Source of the DNA: an uncultured Acidimicrobiales bacterium
GTDB taxonomy: Bacteria > Actinomycetota > Acidimicrobiia > Acidimicrobiales > VFJN01
Reading direction: 5' to 3'
NCBI GenBank assembly: GCA_963802385.1
Contig: CAWDIO010000020.1
Location: 12,422-76,421 of the forward strand
DNA: 64,000 nt
The notes under the pieces were generated by a model that was given only the letters and a program-made list of their open reading frames with translations, did not search any database and was not told the origin of the DNA. Positions within the stretch are counted from its first letter, which is position 1. The number at the start of each line of letters is the position of its first letter. This document shows positions 1 to 7,250 of this stretch, piece after piece. Both the position numbers and the translations under genes were made by a program.

Positions 1-663
1 TTCGCCATCCTCGGCCCGTCCGAGAACTGCACCGGCGACCCGGCCCGGCGCTCGGGCAACGAGTACATCTTCCAGATGCTCGCCATGCAGAACATCGAGT
101 CGCTCAACGGCATGGGCGTGCGCAAGATCGTCACCCAGTGCCCCCACTGCTTCAACACGCTGTCCAACGAGTACCCGCAGCTGGGCGGCAACTACGAGGT
201 CGTGCACCACAGCCAGTTCCTGGAGTGGCTGATCTCCGAGGGCCACCTCGACATGAGCGACGCCAAGCTGGAGGAGCGGGTCGTCTACCACGACTCCTGC
301 TACCTGGGCCGCCACAACGACATCTACCTGGCTCCGCGCAAGGTCATCGGCAGCCTGGGCGGCATCGAGGTCGTCGAGGCCGGCCGCAACGGCACCAAGG
401 GCATGTGCTGCGGCGCGGGCGGCGCCCGCATGTGGATGGAGGAGACCATCGGCAAGAAGGTCAACGACGAGCGCAGCCAGGAGCTCATCGCCACCGGCGC
501 CAGCCGCATCGCCGTCGCCTGCCCCTTCTGCTACATCATGATCGACGACGGCACCAAGGCCGCGGGCAAGGAGGAGGACGAGGTCAAGGTGGCCGACATC
601 TCCATGCACCTGCTCGAAGCCCTGGAAGCCCGCGACGCCGCCGCCCTCACCGGGCAGGACTGA
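1..663 (+). CDS. (Fe-S)-binding oxidoreductase subunit, C-terminal part with two CCG cysteine-rich domains (5' end outside window)
   Basis: Frame 1 is open from base 1 to TGA 661-663. The translation carries CPHCFNT...YHDSCYLGR and CCGAGG...ACPFCY motifs typical of paired CCG domains (HdrD/GlcF/LutA-like). Confidence 0.8.
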   Translation, partial: FAILGPSENCTGDPARRSGNEYIFQMLAMQNIESLNGMGVRKIVTQCPHCFNTLSNEYPQLGGNYEVVHHSQFLEWLISEGHLDMSDAKLEERVVYHDSCYLGRHNDIYLAPRKVIGSLGGIEVVEAGRNGTKGMCCGAGGARMWMEETIGKKVNDERSQELIATGASRIAVACPFCYIMIDDGTKAAGKEEDEVKVADISMHLLEALEARDAAALTGQD

Positions 664-671
664 CCGCGAGG

Positions 672-768
672 CGAGGCAATAGCGGTCGCGGCGCTGGTCC
701 CGAGGCTATAGGGGTCGGGGGCCGACCACCATTGCCTCGAGAGCACCGGCGTGACCCCTATTGCCTCG
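672..768 (+). repeat. 97-bp nested-palindrome intergenic repeat, copy A
   Basis: CGAGGCAATAGCGGTC..CGAGGCTATAGGGGTCGGGGGCCGACCACCATTGCCTCG..GACCCCTATTGCCTCG. The same architecture and length occur at 23567, 29619 and 53468. Begins 8 nt after a stop codon. Confidence 0.9.
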
Positions 769-840
769 GGGCAACCGCCCGGGCCCACCCGCTCGCGGCG
801 GCTGCTAGACCAAGGGCGTCCGGATCACGAGGGGGAGACG

Positions 841-1392
841 ATGACCGATAGCTCGCGCCCGCCGCTGCCGTACGACTTCCTGCCCGAGGTGCCGTCGTTC
901 ACGGTGACCAGCGACGACGTGGCCGACGGGGCGCCGCTGGACGAGGCGCACGTGGCCGACGCCAACTACGGGCTGGGGGGACAGAACGTGTCGCCGCACC
1001 TGCGGTGGGAGGGGTTCCCGCCCGAGACCCGCAGCTTCGCCGTCACGGTGTACGACCCCGACGCGCCCACCGGCAGCGGGTTCTGGCACTGGGTGCTGTT
1101 CGACATCCCGGCCGGCACCACGGAGCTGCCCCGGGGCGCGGGGTCGGGCGACAAGGCGGGGCTGCCCGAGGGTGCGGTCCACGCCCGCAACGACGTGGGC
1201 GGGCGCGAGTACGTGGGCGCCTTCCCGCCTGCGGGGCACGGGCCGCACCGCTACGTGGTCGCGGTGCACGCCCTGGACGTCGACAAGCTGGGCCCGGACG
1301 AGAACGCCTCGCCCGCCTACGTCGGCTTCAACCTGGGCGGCCACACGCTGGCCCGGGCCGTGATCATGCCCACCTACGAGGTCCCGGGCTAG
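841..1392 (+). CDS. YbhB/YbcL family PEBP (Raf kinase inhibitor-like) protein
   Basis: ATG 841 is preceded by GAGGGGGAG. The translation contains [21 protein letters not shown] and [13 protein letters not shown], the PEBP signature segments. The upstream part of ORF 751-1392 overlaps the repeat and is unlikely to be coding. Confidence 0.8.
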   Translation: MTDSSRPPLPYDFLPEVPSFTVTSDDVADGAPLDEAHVADANYGLGGQNVSPHLRWEGFPPETRSFAVTVYDPDAPTGSGFWHWVLFDIPAGTTELPRGAGSGDKAGLPEGAVHARNDVGGREYVGAFPPAGHGPHRYVVAVHALDVDKLGPDENASPAYVGFNLGGHTLARAVIMPTYEVPG

Positions 1393-1394
1393 GC

Positions 1395-2249
1395 GTGGGG
1401 ACGGTCGCCACCGACTTCGCCGACGGCATCCTCACCGTCACGCTGGACCGGCCGGATCGGCTCAACGCCTTCACGCCCGAGATGCAGCACGACCTCATCG
1501 CCGCCTTCGACCAGGCGGACGAGGACCGCTCGGTGCGCTGCGTGGTCGTCACCGGGCGGGGCCGGGGGTTCTGCGCCGGGGCCGACCTGGCCGGGGGCGG
1601 GGACACCTTCGCCGTCCGGTCCAGCAACGGCGGTGGCGAGCCGGATGGCCGGCGGCGCGACGGCGGGGGGATGGTGAGCCTGCGCATCTTCGCCTGCACC
1701 AAGCCCGTCATCGCCGCCATCAACGGGCCGGCGGTGGGGGTGGGCGTGACCATGACCCTGCCCATGGACATCCGGCTGGCGGCCGAGTCCGCCCGCTTCG
1801 GGTTCGTGTTCGCCCGCCGGGGACTGGTGCCGGAGGCGGCCTCGTCCTGGTTCCTGCCCCGGGTGGTGGGCATCAGCCGGGCCACCGAGTGGTGCTACAC
1901 CGGCCGGGTGTTCGGGGCCGACGAGGCCCTGGCCGCCGGACTGGTCCGGTCCGTCCATCCCGACGGCGAGCTGCTGGACGCGGCCTACGCCCTGGCGGGC
2001 GAGATCGCGGCATCGACCTCGCCGGTGTCGGTCACGCTGACCCGCCAGATGCTGTGGCACATGCTGGGCGAGCCCCACCCCATGGCCGCCCACCGGATCG
2101 ACTCCGCCGCCATCGAGACGCTGGGGCAGGGGCCCGACGCGCGGGAGGGTGTGACGTCGTTCCTGGAGAAGCGCCGGCCGGCCTTCCCCAGCAAGGTGCC
2201 CGACGACCTGCCGGACTTCACGCCCTGGTGGGAGGAGCCCGAGTTCTAG
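1395..2249 (+). CDS. enoyl-CoA hydratase/isomerase (crotonase) family protein
   Basis: GTG 1395 is in the frame of ORF 1005-2249. The homologous part starts VGTVATDFADGILTVTLDRPDRLNAF and carries VVVTGRGRGFCAGADL and INGPAVGVG crotonase motifs. Confidence 0.85.
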   Translation: MGTVATDFADGILTVTLDRPDRLNAFTPEMQHDLIAAFDQADEDRSVRCVVVTGRGRGFCAGADLAGGGDTFAVRSSNGGGEPDGRRRDGGGMVSLRIFACTKPVIAAINGPAVGVGVTMTLPMDIRLAAESARFGFVFARRGLVPEAASSWFLPRVVGISRATEWCYTGRVFGADEALAAGLVRSVHPDGELLDAAYALAGEIAASTSPVSVTLTRQMLWHMLGEPHPMAAHRIDSAAIETLGQGPDAREGVTSFLEKRRPAFPSKVPDDLPDFTPWWEEPEF

Positions 2250-2260
2250 ACCCCCCGGGA

Positions 2261-2650
2261 TCAGCCCGCCGAGGCGTCGAACTCCTTCACCAGCTTCTTC
2301 GGCGCCTGGCAGCGCCAGGCGTCGGTGACCAGCTCGGCCAGCTCGTCCACCTCGACCGCGGCCAGCCGGACCAGCACGGCCGGGAAGCCGTTGTAGTGCG
2401 GCTCGGTGAAGAACTTGTCGGGGTCCGAGGCCAGCAGCATCTCCTTCTCGCCCAGGTTCGCCACCCGTAGCGCCAGCACGTCGGGGTTGTGGACCCGGGG
2501 CTTGCCGGGCGTGACCCGCTCGGCCCACGCCCAGACGAAGCCCTTGTCCTTCTTGCCTGCCCGCACCGCGAAGGCGAAGGGGTGGTCGGTCTCCTCCGTC
2601 ACCTCGGGCAGGGACAGCGCGATGCGCCGCACGTCGCTCTGGTCGGCCAC
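2261..2650 (-). CDS. MmcQ/YjbR family DNA-binding protein
   Basis: 129-aa ORF. The N-terminal RRIALSLPEVTEE...FAFAVRAGKK pattern and the size resemble the MmcQ/YjbR family. Last gene of a minus-strand operon. Confidence 0.6.
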   Translation of the reverse strand: MADQSDVRRIALSLPEVTEETDHPFAFAVRAGKKDKGFVWAWAERVTPGKPRVHNPDVLALRVANLGEKEMLLASDPDKFFTEPHYNGFPAVLVRLAAVEVDELAELVTDAWRCQAPKKLVKEFDASAG

Positions 2651-2653
2651 ACC

Positions 2654-3325
2654 TCAGATGCTGCCACGCCCCGCCAGCAGCTCGTTGCCGCGCAGGTAGT
2701 GGACCTTGGTCTCGGTGCCCGAGCGCCGCAGCGGGCCCCGCACCAGGACCGACAGCTCCCGGATGTCGACCACCGGGGCCCCGGCCAGCCGCACGATCAG
2801 GTCGTCGGCCTGCATGCCCGCCTGGTCGGCGAACCCGCCGGGGACCACGTTCGCCACCACCAGCCCGGCCGGCGTCTCCACCACGTCGCAGCCGATGCCG
2901 CCCCAGGGGACCAGGTGGCGGCCCATGGCCACGCCCCGCTCCAGGTAGAGGGCCACGTCGGCCACGATCGGCCACCAGCCCGCCGCCAGCCAGGAGCGCG
3001 CCTGGTCGAAGCCGGCGCCGAAGCCGGTCTGGATCAGGGTGATGCGGGTGCCGGTGGCCTCGTCCTCCAGGCGGACCACGATCTCGGTGTCGATGCACGG
3101 CTCGCGGGCCTTGCGGGCCCGCAGGCTCTCGCCCGGGACCACCTCGATGTCGTCCGCGGGCGCCTCCCAGCCCGGCATCCAGCGCTGGCCCGGCTCGGGC
3201 GGCGGCAGCACGTCCGCGGCGGGCGTGGCCGACGCCAGCAGCTCCCACACCTTGTCCCTCGGCGTGCGCACCACGAACGTCGCCTCGAAGCCGTCGTCGC
3301 GGGGCCTGTCCTCGATCTGCATCAC
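2654..3325 (-). CDS. SRPBCC (AHSA1-like) domain protein fused to a C-terminal PDZ domain
   Basis: The N-terminal 130 aa look like an Aha1/SRPBCC fold protein, the usual ArsR partner. The C-terminal GLVVANVVPGGFADQAGMQADDLIVRLAG is a PDZ core. ATGA overlap with the ArsR gene at 3322-3325. Confidence 0.65.
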   Translation of the reverse strand: MMQIEDRPRDDGFEATFVVRTPRDKVWELLASATPAADVLPPPEPGQRWMPGWEAPADDIEVVPGESLRARKAREPCIDTEIVVRLEDEATGTRITLIQTGFGAGFDQARSWLAAGWWPIVADVALYLERGVAMGRHLVPWGGIGCDVVETPAGLVVANVVPGGFADQAGMQADDLIVRLAGAPVVDIRELSVLVRGPLRRSGTETKVHYLRGNELLAGRGSI

Positions 3326-3909
3326 CCATCCTCCCGGTCGGGGTAGACCGCCAGGGCCACCCGGAACGCCTCACCCGTACGCCCGCCGTAGCGGGCCAGC
3401 AGCGGCTTGAGCGCCGCCATGTACTCCTCCAGGAACGCCGCCCGGGCCGCGGCGTCGGGGAAGCTCACCTCCGCCTCCACCGCGGCCGCGGGCACCTCGT
3501 CGCCGTCGAACGCGGCCCGGTCGAGCAGGCCGACGGCGTCACGCTGCAGCCGCTCGCCCAGCGTGACCAGGTGCTCCAGGGGCAGCTGCGAGCGCAGCGC
3601 CGCCACCCGGCGGTCGTCGCTCCAGGCCAGCCGGGGCGACACCACGAAGGTGCCGCCCACCGACTGGTAGAGCTGCTCCACGAAGTTGCCCGTCCGTCGC
3701 TCGCCCGCCGGGCGGATCAGCCCGGCGTCGAGCAGCGCCCGCACGTGATAGTTGACCCGCTGGCGGGTCTCGCCGATCTCCCGGGCCACCCCCGACGCCG
3801 AGTTGGGCGTGCGCAGGGCGTCGAGGATCGCCACCCGCATGGGGTGGGCGAGCGCCGACACCTGGTCCGGGTCGTCCACCACCGTCACCCGGGGTGCGGT
3901 GACCTTCAT
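3322..3909 (-). CDS. ArsR/SmtB family transcriptional regulator
   Basis: Start MKVTAPRV at 3909. HTH segment HPMRVAILDAL...VAREIGETRQRVNYHVRALLDAGLI. The ATG overlaps the TGA of the upstream VOC gene. Confidence 0.8.
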   Translation of the reverse strand: MKVTAPRVTVVDDPDQVSALAHPMRVAILDALRTPNSASGVAREIGETRQRVNYHVRALLDAGLIRPAGERRTGNFVEQLYQSVGGTFVVSPRLAWSDDRRVAALRSQLPLEHLVTLGERLQRDAVGLLDRAAFDGDEVPAAAVEAEVSFPDAAARAAFLEEYMAALKPLLARYGGRTGEAFRVALAVYPDREDG

Positions 3910-4270
3910 GCCGGCTGGGCGAACGTGAGGCGGTTGCCGTCGAGTGTCGACGACGCTGAACTGGCGCAGGCCCCACGGCTTGGTCTCCAGCGGCTCCTGG
4001 GGATGGATCACGCCCCTGGGGCTCCAGCTCGGCGTGGAGGGTGTCGACCCCGTGGGTGGTGATCCGGACGCTGACGTCGCCGGCGGCGGCGTTGACCACG
4101 CCGTCGAGGTGGAGCTCGACGCCCAGGCGGGCCACGCCCGCGTAGTCGGGGCCCGCCTCGAAGGCGAGCTCGAAGCCCAGCTTGTCCCGGTAGAAGGCGA
4201 TCGCCTCCGGGGTGCTCGTCACCGGGATCACGGGGACCACGGCGGTGAACTTGACATCGTCTGTTGTCAT
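3906..4270 (-). pseudogene. VOC/glyoxalase-bleomycin resistance family protein, two frameshifts
   Basis: N-terminal part MTTDDVKFTAVVPVIPV...FYRDKLGFE in one frame, VIHPQEPLETKPWGLRQFSVVD in a second, DGNRLTFAQPA-stop in a third. The first break coincides with an extra G in a G run near 4010. Confidence 0.7.
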
Positions 4271-4335
4271 GTACGAATTCTTTGTCCAGAAAGCGAATTC
4301 CTGTCAAGGGTCGATCGCGGGCAGGCTCGGCGACC

Positions 4336-4674
4336 GTGACCGACCCCGTGACCGAGACCGAGACCCAGACCGACGAGCCGTTCACGCTGGCGTTCCTGGG
4401 CTACGCCCCCGACGCCGGGCGTGCCGGCCGCCCATGCCTACGAGGACGCGGTGCTACCCCTGCTGGCCGACCACGGCGCCCGGGTCGTGTACCGCGGCAT
4501 GCCGGGCCGCAGGGAGAGGACGAGGCGCTCCCACTGGAGGTGCACCTGCTGTGGTTCCCCGGGCGGGCGGCGCTCGGCGCCTACCTGGCCGACGACCGCC
4601 GGGCGGCGCTCCGGGCCGAGTACGGCGACGTGTTCAGCCGCACCGAGCTGGTCGCGGTGGAGGAGCGGGGCTAA
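4336..4674 (+). pseudogene. small alpha/beta-barrel-like hypothetical protein (DUF1330/EthD-like guess), two frameshifts
   Basis: A continuous sense reading FTLAFLGYAPDAG / AHAYEDAVLPLLADHGARVVYRG / PLEVHLLWFPGRAALGAYLADDRRAALRAEYGDVF needs frames 1-2-1. GTG 4336 is a possible start. Confidence 0.4.
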
Positions 4675-5612
4675 GAGGCCAGCCGGCCGGAGCGGTAGTC
4701 GCGGGGGCTGACGCCGTGGACCCGCTTGAACGCGGTGCTGAGGGCGAAGGGCGTGGCGTAGCCGACCTGGGCGGCCACCGAGCCCACGGTCGCCCCGGGC
4801 TCCCGCAGCAGGTCGGCGGCCAGGGCCAGGCGCCAGCCGGTGAGGAAGCGCCATCGGCGGCTCGCCGACCAGCTCGGTGAAGTGCCGGGCGAGCGCGGCC
4901 CGTGACACCCCGCACTCCGACGCCAGCGAGGCCACCGTCCAGGGGTGGGCGGGGTTGTTGTGCAGCAGCCGCAGGGCATGGCCCACGACCGGGTCGGCAT
5001 GGGCCCGGTACCAGGCCGGGGCCTCGGCCTCGGGCCGGGCCAGCCACGAGCGCAGGACCGCCACGGTCAGCAGGTCGAGCAGCCGGTCGAGCACCAGGAC
5101 TGGCCCGGCTCGTCCCGGCCGATCTCCTTCTCCAGCACCGCCACCAGCGGCGAGTCCCACTCGTCCCGCCGCAGGATGGCCAGCGGCGGCAGGGCCGACA
5201 CCAGCCGGCGCGACACCTCGCTGTCCAGCGGGTAGGTCCCCACCAGCATCACCACCGGCCCGTCGGGGTCGTTGCCCCAGCCGCGCACGCCCAGGCTCAT
5301 GGCGTCGTCCAGATGCTCGCCCCAGGGGGTGACGCACACCTGGCCGGGGAGGCAGATCGCCAGCGGCTCCCGGCCCGGGGTGTCGGCGAACGTGTAGGGG
5401 TCGGGCCCCCGCAGCACGGCCACGTCGCCGGGGGCCAGCGGGACCGGCTCGGCGCCGTCGAAGCACACCCAGGCCTCGCCCGTCACCATGGCCACCAGCG
5501 ACAGCGGGGCCTCGTCCGCGATGCGGATCGACCAGGGCGAGCGCATCACCACCCGCAGGAGGAAGGCGTCGCGGGCCCGGGGGCCGTCCAGCAGTCCGCT
5601 GAGGGCGTCCAT
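4671..5612 (-). pseudogene. AraC family transcriptional regulator with N-terminal cupin domain, two frameshifts
   Basis: Three ORF pieces: cupin part MDALSGLLDGP...VAMVTGEAWV, middle HPWTVASLASECGVSRAALARHFTELVGEPPMA, C-terminal VGYATPFALSTAFKRVHGVSPRDYR (AraC HTH). Confidence 0.75.
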
Positions 5613-5692
5613 GCGCGAAGTGTAGACGCACAGACATGAAGTTGGGCCTTTCGCCCATGGCTCGTCTCATATGGGCGGGTTCTACTGGCGGC

Positions 5693-6194
5693 ATGACCAC
5701 CATCACCCAGACAGATGACCGGCTGCGGGAGCAGGTGACCAGAGGCCCTGGCCCGCCGGTCGTTCTGCGTCCTCGCCACCGCCTCGCCCGAGGGCGAGCC
5801 CCACGCCGTGGGCGTGCTCTACGCCGCCGACGGCACCACCCTCTACGTCCACACCTTCCGCGACACCCGCAAGGCCCGCAACGTGGCCGCCAACCCGCAC
5901 GTGGCCGTGTGCGTCCCGGTCCGCCGCCTCCCGGTGGGGCCGGCCATGGCCGTGCAGTTCCGGGGCCGGGCCGCGATCGTCGAGCACGACGACCCCGAGG
6001 TCGTCCGCCTGATCGGGGAGGGCCGGCTGAAGAAGATCCTGGTCGACGGCGCGCTCGACGACCCGAGGGGCTGCTTCCTGCGCATCACCCCCGGCGACCG
6101 CGTGTCGACGTACGGGATCGGCATGCCCGTGCGCCAGGTGCTGCGCGACCCGCTCAGCGCCATCGGCGGCGTCAGATTGACGTCAGAAAGTTGA
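5693..6194 (+). CDS. pyridoxamine 5'-phosphate oxidase family protein (one frameshift near 5740-5760)
   Basis: ATG 5693 (MTTITQTDDRLREQ) is in frame 2. Frame 0 continues RSFCVLATASPEGEPHAVGVLYAADGTTLYVHT, a typical PPOX-like FMN-binding split barrel. Confidence 0.65.
6171..6190 (+). promoter_or_regulatory. direct repeat GTCAGA-n5-GTCAGAAAG (11-bp register), candidate operator
   Basis: GTCAGATTGACGTCAGAAAG. GTCAGA occurs at 6171 and 6182. A near-identical site lies at 7066-7085 upstream of amt. Confidence 0.4.
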
Positions 6195-6230
6195 CACGCT
6201 CGTTCAACGAGCGGCGCGACTTCCCGAAAC

Positions 6231-6802
6231 ATGCCGTGCGTACCGTCGTCCCCGATGGCAGTGGCGATGAGCAGACCAGCGCGGCTGAGCCGCGGGGGGG
6301 ACCTCGACGTGGCGGTGGTGTCGTGGCCCAGCGAGGCCGGCCGCCGTGACGACCTGGCCCGCGGGGCCGGGCCCGGCTGCTCGTGGTCGAGGAGCGCCAC
6401 GACCCGCCGGCCAGATGTGGGACGCCCTCGAGGACTGGGTGCGCCGCGGGGTCGACCCGGTCGAGGTCTACGTCCGCCGCGAGCGCCTGCGCCGCCAGCA
6501 GGCGCAGCGGGCGCCGGCCGTGCTCGACGAGGACGGCCTGCTGCGCCGGGGCGACCGCTGGGTGGCGGTCTCGCCGCTGGAGCGCCGGGTGCTGGAGCCG
6601 CTGCTGGCCCGGGCCGAGGCGACTCGGTCAGCCGGGCCGAGCTGCTGGCCGCCGTGCTGCCCGGGCGCGGTGACCGACGACCGCCGCACGCTCGACCGCA
6701 TCGTGCGCCGGGTGCGCGCTGCGGGTCGCCCCGCTGGGCATGACGGTCCAGGTGGTCCGGGGCTGCGGGTTCGTGCTGGAGACCGGCCTCCTGCCGGACT
6801 AG
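6231..6802 (+). pseudogene. winged-helix (OmpR/PhoB C-terminal type) regulator, about five frameshifts
   Basis: A sense reading requires hopping frames: LLVVEERHDPPA / DALEDWVRRGVDPVEVYVRRERL...RWVAVSPLERRVLEPLLARA / SVSRAELLAAVLPG / VTDDRRTLDRIVRRVRA / VAPLGMTVQVVRGCGFVLETGLLPD, then TAG 6800-6802. Confidence 0.4.
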
Positions 6803-7044
6803 GCGCTGCGCTGCTGCTCGCGCCGCAGGTCGCGGTAGAGCAGGTAGGCCCGAACCATGGCGGTGAGGGCGATGGCGAACATCAGCGCCTTGCCCGCGGG
6901 CGCCTCGACGACCGCCACCATCACCAGCGCCACCAAGATCACGACGCCGATCAAGGCGAGGCCGATGCGCACCTTGGCGACGCTGCGTTCCTGCGGGGTC
7001 TCGTCCGGCATGGCGGACAGTGTGGCAGCCGGTCCCGGTCCCAT
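6799..7044 (-). CDS. small membrane protein (hypothetical)
   Basis: 81-aa ORF with two hydrophobic spans (IGLALIGVVILVALVMVAVV, ALMFAIALTAMVRAYLL). The start could instead be MPDETPQ at 7011. Confidence 0.4.
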   Translation of the reverse strand: MGPGPAATLSAMPDETPQERSVAKVRIGLALIGVVILVALVMVAVVEAPAGKALMFAIALTAMVRAYLLYRDLRREQQRSA

Positions 7045-7065
7045 CGCAAACCGCCGCAGGCCCGT

Positions 7066-7085
7066 GTCAGATAGAGGTCAGAAAG
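7066..7085 (+). promoter_or_regulatory. direct repeat GTCAGA-n5-GTCAGAAAG, candidate nitrogen-regulator operator upstream of amt
   Basis: GTCAGATAGAGGTCAGAAAG in a relatively AT-rich 200-bp leader. A further GTCAGA lies at 7195 and GTCTGAAAG at 7230. The AAAGGA Shine-Dalgarno lies 9 nt before ATG 7251. Confidence 0.4.
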
Positions 7086-7250
7086 CTGGCGCCGGAGCGG
7101 AAGACGGTGGGCACAAAGCCGCCAGGAGATCGAACACGGCGGTTCATCAATGCGACATGGACGCGTGACAGACCGTCCATACGTTCACGATCAGGTCAGA
7201 CAACGGGGTCGGGCCTCTCTCTCGGGAACGTCTGAAAGGAACGCGTACCC

